In this document: piece by piece, positions 1 to 13,410 of the stretch
Numbering within the stretch: the stretch's first letter is position 1
Layout of the letters: each line of letters starts with the position of its first letter
Assembly (NCBI RefSeq): GCF_006345805.1
Contig: NC_043019.1
Span: 14,941,360-15,005,359, forward strand
DNA length: 64,000 bases
Direction of reading: 5' to 3'
Source of the DNA: Octopus sinensis
Lineage: Eukaryota
Program-made: the position numbers and the translations under genes
The notes under the pieces: generated by a model
Database searches by the model: none
What the model saw: the letters and a program-made list of their open reading frames with translations, nothing else
What the model was told of the DNA's origin: nothing

Positions 1-409
1 TGGGAGGTACTAGAAGTTTTAGAGAGGAGGATTGGTGAGAGTATGAAGGCTGTAAGAAGGAGAGAGATTAAAATGGAGAGAGAGACTAAAATGGGGAGAG
101 AGAGAGAGAGAGAGTGTATGTCTTTAAAAGGAAAGAATTAAGACGCATACAGGCGTACGACTATCTCTCTCTCTCGGAAATTGAACTCACTTCCTCTAGT
201 CGAAGGACAAGCATTCTTAAACGCAAGACGATGTAATAACGATGTAATATTTTTATAATTTGGGAAGGGGGGGGTAACGTAAAAATACGTCACGTGATAA
301 TGTAATAATGTAAATATTTAAAATGTAATTACGAAAATATTCTACTTTATTTTATTGTATTTCATTCCGTTTCTTTGGAAAATTCGAAGACTTTCTGTTT
401 ATAAATAAA

Positions 410-705
410 GGGCAAATGACCATAGGATTGTACCTAGAAAGCTATCCTTCGAAACAAGTCCGGGCAAGGTGGTTTTATGGAAGACCAGCAGTCGTCCATG
501 GATACCACGCCACTGATGTTATCCAAGGGAAAGGCAAAGGGGCCGATACAGCTTGGCACCAGTGACGTCGCAACTCATTTCTACAGATGAGTGAACTGGA
601 GCAACGTGAAATAAAGTGTCTTGCTCAAGAACACAACACAGAGCTCGGTCCGGGAATCGAACTCACTATCTCATGATTGTGAGCCTGACACTAATCACTG
701 AGCCA
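410..705 (-). mobile_element. tRNA-derived SINE (family also at 14050-14382 and, partially, 6040-6200, 28200-28350, 37920-38050)
   Basis: The minus strand starts with a tRNA-like head (ggctcagtgattagtg...gttcgattcccggacc); the body is shared among the copies. Confidence 0.85.
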
Positions 706-3700
706 TGTATAAATTATTGGTTCTTACGTACGTTTTACCGTTCCGGTTATTTGAAGTTCAATACCATTGGACGTTTCAACTACAGATGCTTAACCGCAAT
801 TGGATCGTCAGGGAACGTTTTATTGGATTCTATTACATTCTGCGCTCATCAATTCTTCCCTACATATGGTCTGTATAACTAGTAACAGTGCTAAGTACAG
901 TAGCAGATTAACCACTATACTGGAAGCTATCCGGATAATGAGAATCTACGTGGAGCTCTAACTCAAATAGTGGTAGTTGCACATTTAACTGCATACAAGA
1001 TATAAATGTACTTGCGGGTTTTCTCTGCATACTGTTGAAAATGACCTCACTTTAGGTATGCATTCTCACACTGGGTGAAATGATAAGAGAATCCAGTGAA
1101 CGATTTATTTAAACAATCACCTGAGGAAGCGCATTGCACATCATGGATGCATGATAATGCTTACACAACATCTCACCAATGTACTAACGGTGTAAAATGT
1201 GTTGAAACAATTGTAGTGTTTTCACATAAGGAATGTCGTTCATTCTGTTTTCTATTATTTATCAATTTATATAAACTCTATACAAACTTAGTCTTTCACC
1301 TCCAATCACGCCTCTCACTCACATCATTATATCTCTATTCTCTATTTACATTTCCCCCAATCAAAATCTGTCGCCACCTCTCAATCTTACAACTTCTTCA
1401 TGTTTTCTATAATTCCCTCGTCCTTTAAACTTCATTTTCTGCTAGAAGACGTTTCTGCTGTAAGATGCAGTGCGCTCAGAGCTGAGCGCTTGTGCATCGT
1501 CAACTTTACAGCTTCCTCAGAGCTTCTAAAATGAAGTTCAAGTTTATTTGGGAAAACATTTATATATATATATCTAACTTCTTTACCACACATCCACACC
1601 TGCACCTAGTGAAAAGATCACCGACAAAAATATGCACAAGTACTAAACGTCGAGTGCATTGCAACTCATAGCAGAAACAGCTGCAAGCCATTGAGATTCA
1701 TGACACAATTTCTTGTTCCTTTGTTATTTAATTTAATATATACGCTCTATACTCGACAAACGCTTAATTTTGAAGCATATGTATACTAAGTTCTAATATC
1801 AGGTTATTGGTATCGCTTAGCTAGTTCCAAGTCACATCTATCATCTACTTAGCCTCCGCAATTAAGCAACAAGTCAAAACCCGCCCGCCCTCTCTGCATC
1901 GGTTTCACCTTCCTTCGGCCAACGTTTATAAATTCCAAGTTGTCACCAACCTCCTGTAATTAACGTTTCGTCGGCTTTCAATATACATACATATCTTTGT
2001 TCATATATAGATGCATGTAAATATATTTACATTCACATATACAAATTTTATATAGATACACACACAAGCATATGTCTACCTACACACATCTACACACACA
2101 AGCATATATATATATATATATATACACATACACACAAACATAAGCATATCATGCACACGCATATATCTACATACACATATCTATACACATATACACACAA
2201 GCATATGAATATATATGCTTACGTATATATATATCAATATACATGCATATAAACATGCATACACATACATGCATACACAGGACATGCACGCACACACACG
2301 TGCACACACACACATACGTGCACACAGACACGAGCACATACACACACGTGCACACACGTTCACACACATGAGCACACACATACGTGCACATACACACGTG
2401 CACACACACGTTCACACACACATACGTGCACACATGCTTGCATACACACACGCATGGATACGCACACACGTATTTCTCTAGTTCTCCCTCCTTATTAGTT
2501 TCCACCATTTTGTTACCGTCGTTCGGCTTCTCATGTTTGTCATTACTGTCACGCTCTACACACACACCACACACACACACACTATATCATATACACGCAT
2601 TTCAACACACACACGTTTGAATTTGCCATTCTCTACACGACTCGCACACCTCTTCCCTCACCCAAACACACGCAAATACGTGTGCATAACTATTAGATAT
2701 ACATAACAATACATCACCCCCCTCCACACACACTGTACCACCACTACCCTCACAGCACCTCCTCCTCCTCATCATCTTTACTGCTACCCCTACTCCCACC
2801 ACTTCCCCCCGTTCAATGGAGGCAACAAAGACCGTTCCATGTTCATTATGCGACACCCACACACATTTCATTGTTACCACCACCACCACCACCATCCTGG
2901 TCATCTTTATGAACACCCTCCCCTCCCCGACCTCATTGCCATCATCATCACCTCCACCATCAATAGAATCATCATCATCACCATAGCCATCGTGGGCCCG
3001 TCCAATCCCCTGTTTTACTCTATGCCATTCACTGTATATATAAAATTAAAATCTTACTGTATTTTTATATTATTAGGAATTTTATTTTTAAAAAAATCAA
3101 AATATTTTCTGTATTTCTGCAAGAGTATGACCGATTTATTGCACATTTTATCAAGAAAGGACCCCCAGTTATTACGTGGTTCTGGGTTCAGTCTCACTGC
3201 GTGGCACCTTGGACGAGTGTCTTCTATGGTCTCGGTCCAACCAAAGCCTTGTGAGTGGATTTGGTAGACGGAAACTAAAAAAGACACCCAGTGTGTGTCC
3301 TACCAACGCTTAACAAGCTGTGTTGGTGTGTTTACATCCCTGTAACTTAGCGGTTCAGCAAAACAGCCTGAGGAAATAAGCATTGCAATTTAATGGCTGA
3401 AACAAATAAAAATATATATATATATATATATATATATAAACATGTGACGGACCAGGCTATCATGTTGCACATCGCTGGTCACAATGCGATTTGTATCGTT
3501 TTACCCTTCGAATGATACCAACCCGCTGGCTTGGTGAGCAGGCCAACATTCTTCCCCTGATCGAAATGGGGACTGAAGCAACGTGAAATAAGGTGTATTG
3601 CTCGAAAACACAACGTCCCATCCGGCGTGGGAATGGAACCCATGATCCAGTGATCGTGAAGTGCAACAGCTTAATCACTTGACCACGCACCTTCACCACA

Positions 3701-3726
3701 CACACACACATTCATATATATATGTG

Positions 3727-3955
3727 AAGGCGGTGAGCTGGCAGAAACGTTAGCACGCCGGGCGAAATGCATAGCCGTATTTCGTCTGCCGTTACGTTCT
3801 GGGTTCAAATTCCGCCCTGGTCGACTTTGCCTTTCATCCTTTCGGGGTCGATAAATTAAGTACCAGTTACGCACTGGGGTCGATATAATCGACTTAATCA
3901 GTTTGTCTGTCCTTGTTTGTTCCCTCTGTGTTTGGCCCCTTGTGGGTAGTAAAGA
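3727..3955 (+). mobile_element. SINE with Nin/Deu-like central domain (many copies, e.g. 17090-17370 minus, 33760-34060, 43136-43347, 54425-54822)
   Basis: tRNA-like head plus gtcgactttgcctttcatcctttcggggtcgataaattaagtacc, resembling the Deu/Nin SINE core. Confidence 0.82.
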
Positions 3956-5012
3956 TATACATTCATGTATATATATTCTTGCATGTATATGTATACTGTA
4001 ACACATTTAAATCAAAGCCAAGAGATTGGCGAGTAGACAGATAAAAGCGCAAACACACGGACACACAGACACACAGACACACGGACACACAGACACACAC
4101 GCACCTTTATGCATGAACATGAAAAGAAAACAAAAAAAAAATTGTAAAAACTGTGCCATTTTTTGTGTTTCTTTAAAACAATGACAACGATTAAAAAATG
4201 CAAAGAATTCAATCCTGCATTCACGAGTTTTGTTCTGGGAACAATATGAACCACACGAGTGTTGAGACAATACCAATATGGACGATACGACTATTGTTTT
4301 TATTCAACATGGTCGTTGACACGTGGTTTTTTTTATGGTAATTTTCAGAAATGGCCGACATGTTTATTGTCGACCATTATTCAAGTATGGAAGACAACAA
4401 CGAATACTGGAATAATTTCAGCGAAGATGAAAACACGAAGGTTGTTTTTGTTTTTTGTACGAACATCATGTTATGGCTGCCTCATGTGTTTTGGCAGATT
4501 GTAAAATGGCCGATACGAATTAACGAACGTTTACAGCAGCCATATTGAAAACGTCATTTAATCTCTAAACATGTTATCCCGTATGTTTTCGTTTAGAGAT
4601 GTCTAATAAATATATATTTGAACGAAAATATATGTTCACTGTACTCTGAGGATATTTGTCACTTATTTCTAACCCAAAATACTTCGTTTATGATGTTATT
4701 CCTGTTTTCTATTATTAACTATCAGTAACCAGAATTTCTGTCTGTAACTTATTAATAAATTATAAACTAATCAAAACTAATTTGTGTACTTATTCTTCCT
4801 TATTAACAGATTCAAAGTAAATAATTAAAAATGATATTTTTTGCATGGAAATTGAAAAAAATGTTTATGTTAAGAGGTTACGTTCGAAAATTGTAGATGT
4901 GTGGTATGGATTTATTTTTTATTTATTGAGTCTAGAGCAAGGGACAATGTTCCTGCTCTTTCCAGGTCCTTCAAGACTAGTTAGCTTGAAGCCCTTAATG
5001 TTCTGTTTAGAC

Positions 5013-5343
5013 CAGGGGTTCTTAACCATTTTTGACCTATGGATCCTCTTTGATCACCGTTTAACTCTGGTGGATCCCATACCATTCGATGCTTAAAAGC
5101 TAGTTTTATATTTCTATTTTGTTTTTCACCTGTTTACTTGTATTGGCTTGCAATAGTAATTTCTGAAGAAGCATGTTCCAAGGACCGGGGACATGAACTA
5201 TGTAAAATTTTAGAGAAAAAACTCGTTTCTTGTAATAAATATATGTAAAGCAAAATGTTTTCATGGACCGTAGATCCCCAATATGCAATTTTGCTAGGCT
5301 GAACCGCCATAAATCTTATATGGACCTCAGCTGAGAAACACTG
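5013..5343. mobile_element. hAT (Charlie-like) MITE with 8-bp TSD
   Basis: Ends CAGGGGTTCTTAAC / cagctgagaaacactg; flanks GTTTAGAC (5005-5012) and GTTTGGAC (5344-5351). Confidence 0.8.
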
Positions 5344-5354
5344 GTTTGGACTCG

Positions 5355-5770
5355 CAGGTCAACAACTGCAGAAGGGATATGGGATGGGAGAAAATTCCAG
5401 AGAGACGATCTAGTGAGAAGATGGTATTAGCTATAGTGGTCAGTGCAAAGCTGAGGGGTTTTGATGCACCAAATGTGACGAGAGGTGGAAAGACGATTAG
5501 GACAGGAATGTCTGAGCGGTTGGGGTACAAAAACAACCGGCCCTGCAGAAGGGAGCCATTAGAGTTAGCCGTTGAAAAGAGAGAGGAAATAGCGCACTTG
5601 TGGGTCAGAGGTTGGAGGGCTTTAACTTGTGACCGAAATGCCAGAGTCTGGAGAAAGGTACACTGCCTATAATCTTTCCATGTCCCCCAGGACTGATAAG
5701 TTTGATGACATTAATGTCATGCTTAGACTGATACAGAACAACTGCAAGAGAGAAAATCCCAGCGGGACGG
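5355..5770 (-). mobile_element. Degenerate CR1/L2/Jockey-group LINE 3' fragment (copy 1)
   Basis: Minus-strand frames give LQPLTHK and an ...SLWNFLP-like segment; similar to the 6190-6430 copy. Confidence 0.6.
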
Positions 5771-5789
5771 CTTTTTGTCTTCTTGTCTT

Positions 5790-5995
5790 GCTTTGTGACG
5801 GCGTTCACCCAGGGCGGGTTGAGCCGGCTTCTTCTCTGATCCTGACGGCATCACGGTCCTGTGCGAGGTCACTGGAGATAGCGAGTCATTCGCGGCTCCA
5901 TCTGCGCAGACCGACCACCTGCGGACCTGAGATTTCGGAGAGGTCCTCCTTTATCGTCGTTGCCCAGGTCTTCAGCTGGCCTTATGTGGGGAAGG
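5790..5995 (-). mobile_element. RTE-clade LINE 3' terminal remnant
   Basis: The minus strand reads QLKTWATTIKEDLSEISGPQVVGLRRWSRE*LAISSDLAQDRD...AGSTRPG*, a typical RTE C-terminus. Confidence 0.75.
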
Positions 5996-6189
5996 ACTAG
6001 GCATAACGGTTAGTGCAGTGCTGAGAGGATTTGACGTAGAGGTGCGTGGTTAGGTTGTTGGACTCATGATCGTGAGATTGTGGTTTCGATTCCTCGACCG
6101 GGCGATGCATTGTTTTCTTGAGCAAAACACTTCATTTCACGTTGCTCCAGGTCACTAAAAAATGAGTAACCCTGCGATGGACCGGCACC

Positions 6190-6430
6190 CCGTCCAGGTG
6201 CGGATTTTATACGCCATGGAACGACTCGGAAATGTACCTTTTACATTGAGAGGATTTGATGTACCAAATATGACAAGAAGTGGAAGGATGAGTGGGACGG
6301 GGTCGTATCTGAGTGGGTGGGGGAGGGTACAAGGACAACCATCTCCGAAAAAGAGAGCCACTATAGTTAGAGATAGCCATAGAAAATTAAAGAGGGTAAA
6401 CGGTACACTTGTGGGCCAGAGGCTGGAGGA
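6190..6430 (-). mobile_element. Degenerate CR1/L2/Jockey-group LINE 3' fragment (copy 2)
   Basis: Minus-strand frames give VLQPLAHK...IFYGY...PPPPTQIRPRPTHP, resembling the LQPLSHRR...FYRY...PPPL.RPR.TR motif. Confidence 0.6.
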
Positions 6431-7349
6431 CTTCAGTTAGCGACCGAATTGCCAATCAGTTGAGTGTCTCTTCTCATGATGCAGATCAAGATGTTTTTGG
6501 GGGTTGCAGTAGTATTATCCTAGACGTAGGAGTAATACATCTCTATGGGGCCTCATTTGAAATTAGCAGCTCTTGGGAGTTGAATCATGCGATAAATGTT
6601 AACACGTTCGAATTTGACTAACTTTAACAATTTGAATAAATCCAAGCAAAATGGTGATATTTCACTAAAAACCAAGCATTGACCACAGGTCTGTAATTGT
6701 AAAGCTCTGACCTTTCAACGCGGAGAAAGTAGCGGCTCGGCCTCGAAAAACTCCCTGGTCTCCGAGCCATACGTAACTCTACTGAAAAAAAAGTTGTTCC
6801 AGAGATACTTTGGGGGAACCTCATTTCGGCCGCTGATATTTGATGTGGTTAGAAAGCTGCGGGTAAGGATCGTAAGACAGATTCCTTAAGCTGCACCAAA
6901 CGGCAGAAAATCTTGTGAGAAGGCCACGAGTGAGAAAACTGGATAATATCCAGTTTCAGTCGGCTACGCCTGGGAATCGATCAGGATAGTATAATGACGG
7001 TTGTATCTGGGACTTTTCCTCTACAACTCTTCAAAGAATAGGGGACGGCGAAAATGGATAAAAGAACGGGTGGATAGGCCAAACAATAAGAACAGTGGCT
7101 CTTTTTTTCTTAACTTCTCCGATAAGGAGCAACATGAACGCTCACGCATTCTTTCAATAAATCTCAGAATTGCTAAGATGAAAATTATTTACAAAAAAAT
7201 GTTGCAGCAGGAATAACAGGAAAAAGTAAATCATTGTCATTTTTCTCCAAGAGTGGAATGTCTCCCTTACACCATAATCAAGAAAAAAACGACAAATACC
7301 GTTTTTTATTGAATTAACATTATAGAAACATGTATTCAATCACACATTA

Positions 7350-7381
<32 letters not shown>

Positions 7382-7644
7382 ATATATATCGTTGGCATTT
7401 TGTTAAACTGTCGTATATCCAAAATTGGCCAAACGCGTTTTTTTTTCAAAATCTATTTTTGTTTGTAGTAACCGGATCTTTTGGTTAAACTATCGTATCT
7501 CCAGCTGCTTCAGGCGCCAAAATATCAAAAATTGTCAAAGTGTAATACAACAGTTTTGCTATGGAATGGTGAAACTATTTTCATTTTCTGAAAAAGCAGC
7601 GTTTTGGACTTACGACACTTTTGCATAATAGCAGCGACATTATA

Positions 7645-7785
7645 TAAGGTTGACCCAAAAGTTCGTAGAAAGTCTTGGAAAATAATGGTTTTTATTTTGA
7701 GGAATAATTTTTGTTGTTTTTGTTAGTACTTGGCGAGTAAAAATTCAATTTTCGCAAGTGTTTACGAACTTTTGGGACAACCTAA
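7645..7785. mobile_element. Tc1/mariner MITE
   Basis: TIRs aggttgacccaaaagttcgta / tacgaacttttgggacaacct in a TA context. Confidence 0.8.
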
Positions 7786-8009
7786 TATGTGTGTGTGTGT
7801 GTGTGTAGTATATATATATATATCTATATTTATGTTTTTGTGTGTGTGTGTGGTGTATATATATATATATATGTGTATGTGTGGTTGTGTGTATATATAT
7901 ATATGGTGTGTGTGTGTGTGTGTGTGATATATATATATATATATATATGTGTGTGTTGTGTGTATATATATATATGGTGTGTGTGTGTGGTTGGTGTATA
8001 TATATATGT

Positions 8010-8052
<43 letters not shown>

Positions 8053-8114
8053 GTGTGTGTGTGTTGTGTGTGTGTGTATATACACACACACACATACACA
8101 AGATGACTGACAGT

Positions 8115-8340
8115 CCGATGGCACGGGCTGGAATCAAAATACAGCCGCCGCCCCAGTGAACCCACCTTATTAATTGTCGACGGCCCAGCAAGTGCTGACC
8201 GTGATGGTAACGGGGAACCAGGGTTCGATTCTAGAGAGCGGGACTTGCGAAGCCGTTCTCTCATTCCAAAGAATGCAGCAGGCATGGAAATTACCCACTC
8301 CTGGTAAGGTGGGAGATTCGAAACGAAAGACAACGATGAA
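8115..8340 (+). pseudogene. Decayed 18S rRNA fragment (5' domain)
   Basis: ggtaacggggaaccagggttcgattctagagag...gcagcaggcatggaaattacccactcc aligns by eye to the conserved 18S GGTAACGGGGAATCAGGGTTCGATTCCGGAGAG...GCAGCAGGCGCGCAAATTACCCACTCC. It carries many substitutions and has no flanking rDNA. Confidence 0.88.
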
Positions 8341-8676
8341 GAACTCCATTGAAACTCTGGGCTCGATCAAAAATGTGTACACTTCAAATCACCACCATTT
8401 ATACTCAACAGTTACGTTACGATAAAGACGAGAAGTTTCAGAGAAGCCGACGAGGGCAACCAAGCTGAACTTCGAAAGGCTCTGCACCCCTCACTTCTTG
8501 TAAAAGTTTAGTGTGTATACACACACACACACCGTGCATAGCACAAACATTTGACCACTATCAACAAAACCTTTGCGCAAGAGAGTTCATGTATACATAC
8601 ACACACGCCGCGCGCGCGCGGTGTGTGTGGGTCGCTGGTGTGGTGTGTGTGTGTGTGTGTGTGTGTGTGTGGTGTG

Positions 8677-8731
<55 letters not shown>

Positions 8732-10028
8732 GCGTGGCGTATGTGTATGTATACAGTATATGTACATTATACATAACACCAGCGTGTGTAAGTATATATA
8801 TATATATAATATACGCGTGGCGTATGTGTATGTATATATGTACATGTACATTATACATACACACAGCGTGTGTATATATATATATTTTATCATAGGTAAT
8901 CAAACGATGGTAAGACTGAGGCACACACACACTGTATTCTTTTATCATTTTGTTTGACATTTGACTATGGCCATGCTGGAGCTCCGCTTTAAAGGGTTTT
9001 AGTCGAAGAAATCGACCCCAGGACTTACTCTTTGTAAGCCCAATGCTTATTCTATCGGTCTCTTTCGCCGAACCACTAAGTTACGGGGGACGTAAATGAA
9101 CCAGAGTGGATTGTCAAGCGATAGCGGGTGGTAAGGGGCAAACACAGACACACACAAATATATATAAGGCGGGGCTCCAGTATGACCGCAGTCAAATGAC
9201 AAACAAATAAAAGAATACGACGGGCTTCCTTCAGTTTCCATCTACCTAATCTACTCACAAGGCTTTGGTCGGCCCGTGGCTATAGTAGAAGACACCTGCC
9301 CAAGATGTCACGCAATGAAACCGAACTTAAAACCGTGTTGTTAGGAAGGTAGCTTCTTACCACACAGCCGCACACGACGGGGGTTCTTTTAATTTCCGTC
9401 TACCACATTCGGCCACGAGGCTTTGGTCGGTTCGAGGATAAAATAGAAGACACCCGGCCAAGGTATCACGGAGTGAGACCGAACTGGGAACCCTGTGGTT
9501 GGGAAGCAAACTTCTTACCACAGCCACGGCACCTTCCCATCCCAGGAACACACACTTCTCCCTTTCCCTCTCTCTTTCTTTCTATGTATCTACCTCCGTC
9601 TGCGTATTTATAATTATACAGACAAACATCAAATTAATTGGGACATAAATATTCTTTCTTTTACACAGGCGCAGGAGTGGCTGTGTGGTACAAAGCTTGC
9701 TCCCCAACCACATGGTTCTAGGTTCAGTCCCTCTGCGTGGCACCTTGGGAAAATGTCTTCTACTATAGCCTTATGAATGTATTTGGTTGATGGGAACTGA
9801 ATGAAGCCTGTCGTGTGTGTGTATATATATATATATACGCGTGTGTGTCCTCACCATCGCTTGACAACGATGTTGGTGTATTTACGTCCCCGTAACCTAG
9901 CGGTTCGGCAAAAGACACCGATAGAATACATACTGGTCTTACAAAGAATAAGTCTTGGGGTCGATATATATATATTCTTTTGTTTCAGTCATTTGACTGC
10001 GACAATGCTGGAGCCTGTCGTATATACA

Positions 10029-10066
<38 letters not shown>

Positions 10067-10941
10067 GGTCCATCACTACTAGACAACCGGTGTTGGTGTG
10101 TTTACATCCCGTAACTTAGCAGTTCGGTAAAAGACTGATAGAATGAGTATGCTGTTTAAGAAATAAGTTCTGGGGTCGATTTATTCGACTTAAAATTCGA
10201 GACGGGGTCCCAATATGACCGCAGTCTAATGACCAAAACAGGTAAAAGTTAAAAGCTTATAATTTAAAAAAAAAACGCAAAACAAAAACGAAAAACAACA
10301 ACAAAACACCTGTTTTTTTTTGTTTCGGACATGTTACTGTGAATCTAACAGTGTAATCGGATAAAATGTAAAAAAAAGCACAGTTAAAGTTAATTTAGGT
10401 AACCAAATACCAACACACTAACCTTGAATGTTTAGAATTCTCACAAAACTGAATAGAAGCGGTTAAATAGCGTTTGATGAACTCCGTAAAAACTGTTGGA
10501 GAAAATAAAAAAGTCAGATATTTTTACAGAGGTTCAGCGCTTGAATAACGAACCAGTTTAATGCGGTGACGTCGCTGAACAATAGAAGCTTTGTTGCTCC
10601 TCTACATACGACTGGTTATTTATCTTGTTGATCTGTATTGTTGAAATGTATGATATACAGAGCACGGCACACATACATACATACACAAGTCTATACGAAC
10701 ACAAACATACACACGCAATAGATATATATACGTTCAACGCATACACACACACATACACACATATTCAAACATACACGTTACGGCTTAGGTGGTCGAAACT
10801 TCGGAGTCACTGTCAACGCAGTTCTTGTTAGAGAATAATAAACTTGTACTGTACCAAATAAAGTAATCGTTCAATTAAATGTAAAATTGTTTTTATTATA
10901 ACATAAAAACACACACAATATATATGTGTGTGTGTGTGTGT

Positions 10942-11120
10942 CGCCATGATAGATCGTTAGCCACTATACATTTTTTCTCTCCTTGTTTTTTCTGTGTCCC
11001 TTTCTGTAGAAGAGCGTAGGCTCGAAACGTTAGGGACTTTTTCTATTCCTGAGCGTTATACTAATATATCTGTTTGTTTTGTACACCGCCTGTCTTCATT
11101 TTGTGTTTTTCGTGAACTCA
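10942..11120 (+). mobile_element. Penelope-like element terminal fragment with hammerhead-like motif (copy 1)
   Basis: gtccctttCTGTAGAagagcgtaggctcGAAACgttaggg; near-identical copies at 15860-16048 and 39158-39340. Confidence 0.65.
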
Positions 11121-12849
11121 CACACACACACACACATATATATATAAAGGGGTTTGTATGATTGTATATAGAGGGATATATATTATTCAAAGGAATTCAA
11201 CTCTGTTTTTTTTAATGTTTTATTTATATTCTTTATAATATTAATGTAGAATATAGAATATATAGATAAATAATATATATATTGTAAAATGAAATGAAGT
11301 ATTGATTGTGTATTGAATAGATGAAATATTGAATATCAAATATTAAGGGACTAGTATTACTTTCTGCATTAAGCAGTCTCAGGTTCCAGGATTGGACAGG
11401 AATGTTTCAACTGTTTCAAGAATATATATATATTTATATTATATATATATATATATATATATAGAATATAATATATATAACACACGTGTGTGTGTGACAA
11501 AATGGTGAAAAACGATGTATGTCTTGTGAATAGGGGGTTGAACTTAAACGGTAGCTAAGTCCAGAGGCTGAAATTAGTGGCAAACTCAACGCCAAATGCT
11601 AACGAATCATTGACTAATTTTACATTTCATTAACTTGATAGTATCAATGGGGCTGACTGGCAAAATCACCCTGAAGTATTTAGTTGCACACTAAATCGGG
11701 AGGTTCGGTTTTTCAAAAGGTGTGAAACTCCCTGTTAGCCACTATTTTTCCAAGGTCTACTCCGATCCGGAGTAGCTGGGACACGTTAAGGACCCAGCAA
11801 TGCATTAATTAGCATTCCTGCATCGTGAGGAGGCAGGAAATACATGGAGTTATCTGAGTTCGTGACCCTTGTTGCACCTGACCAATACGAGCTTGAAAGA
11901 TGTGGGAGTGGGCCTGGCTCTGCACGAACCATACCGATTGTGCAGATTTGTTCGGCAAACCAAAACATCGGCACCAACACCGCCACACTTTCTTCATAAG
12001 CCAAGCGGACAAAACTGAATTGAGGACAGTTAGGCTGTGCAGCTGTCACCTGGTGAACCCCCACCGTCATTCGTCGAAGCGACGAGAGTTCACCACAGCA
12101 CCACTACCACAGCACCACCACCACACCACTACCACCATCTTTAAGCCTTGAGTTCAAGTTCAACGGGGCCTTGTTATTTTCCGGGGTCAACAGATATCAA
12201 TTGAATGCCGAGATCGATATAATCGGCGGCCCTACTTCCAGAGGTGTAGCATGGAACGTGCAATATGTGCGAACCACACCGGGAAGCCGTTATATATCAC
12301 AGCATCGACCGGACTAACAAATATTGTTATACATCGCTGGTCACTATGCGCCGGCATCGTTATAGCTTTCGAATGATGCCACCCCACTGGCTAAGTGTGC
12401 AGGCCAACATATCCCTGATCGGAGGGCTATTTTGCAGCCGAGTTATTCTATTCTGCGGATGAAATCGCTGACACAAACTGACTGTACGATAACTTTATAA
12501 TGTCTGATAATCAATTAACTGCCAAATTTTTGTGAATTAATATTTTTTCGCTTTGCCAGGTGTCTTAAGATTTAAGATATGTAGTATTTAAATTTTCTTC
12601 ATATGTGAATTATAATTTGGAAATTATGATAAATTTTTCGAAAAGTACCAAATGGGGATCGCTGAAAAAAAAAAAAAAATCCTTTTCTATTCAATTGAAA
12701 TAATAAACATTTTAGCTTTTTTGAAACTATAGTATCAAATGTGAATGTGTATGAAATGATATAGATAGGAAATGTGAAACAAAATGTGTATGAATGATAT
12801 AGATAGGAAATGTGGAAAAAAATGTGAAAGAAGTTTCAAAACAGTCGAT

Positions 12850-12949
12850 NNNNNNNNNNNNNNNNNNNNNNNNNNNNNNNNNNNNNNNNNNNNNNNNNNN
12901 NNNNNNNNNNNNNNNNNNNNNNNNNNNNNNNNNNNNNNNNNNNNNNNNN
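12850..12949. other. Assembly gap (100 N)
   Basis: Run of N. Confidence 1.
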
Positions 12950-12959
12950 TTAGCCCCTT

Positions 12960-13410
12960 GTGGGTAGCAAGAAATAGGTATTTCGTCAGCCGCTACGTTC
13001 TGAGTTCAAATACCGCCAAGATCGACGTTGCCTTTCATCCTTTGGAGGTCGATAAATTAAGTACCAGTTGCGTACTGGAGTCGATCTCATCGACTGGCCC
13101 CCTCCCCCAAAATTTAGGTCCTTGTGCCTAGAGTGGAAAAAAATATTTAAACCTTTCGGGGTCGATAAATAAAATGCTATTTGCGTACTGGGATCGATCT
13201 AATCGACTGGCTCACTCCTCAAAATTTTCGGGCTCTGTACCTAGAGTAGAAAAGAATATTTAAACCTTTCGGGGTAGATAAATCAAGTACCAGTTGCGTA
13301 CTGGGGTCGATCTAATCGACTGGCCCCCTCCTCCAAAATTTCGGGCCTTGTGCTTAGAATAAAAAAAGAAATTTAAACTTTTCGGAGTCGATAAATTAAG
13401 TACCAGTTTA
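12960..13410 (+). repeat. Head-to-tail array of about 120-bp SINE 3' halves
   Basis: Three to four iterations of ctttcggggtcgataaat...gtcgatctaatcgactggccccctc...gggccttgtgcctagagtagaaaagaatatttaaac. Confidence 0.8.

Noticed and set aside
720-1240. Faint hAT-transposase-like words (LDVSTTD, VRERFIGF) in different frames
   Set aside because: Too short and out of register to support a call without a database search.
2880-2910. HPGHLY as the DUF885 PGHH motif
   Set aside because: It is embedded in a (CAC)n tract, has no HExx upstream and no flanking splice sites.
4349-4440. Possible DUF885 upstream exon (ttttcag|AA ATG GCC...ACG AAG|gttgtt; MADMFIVDHYSS...)
   Set aside because: No DUF885 motif and a weak donor; the surrounding repeated aaatggccga motif suggests a DNA-transposon remnant.
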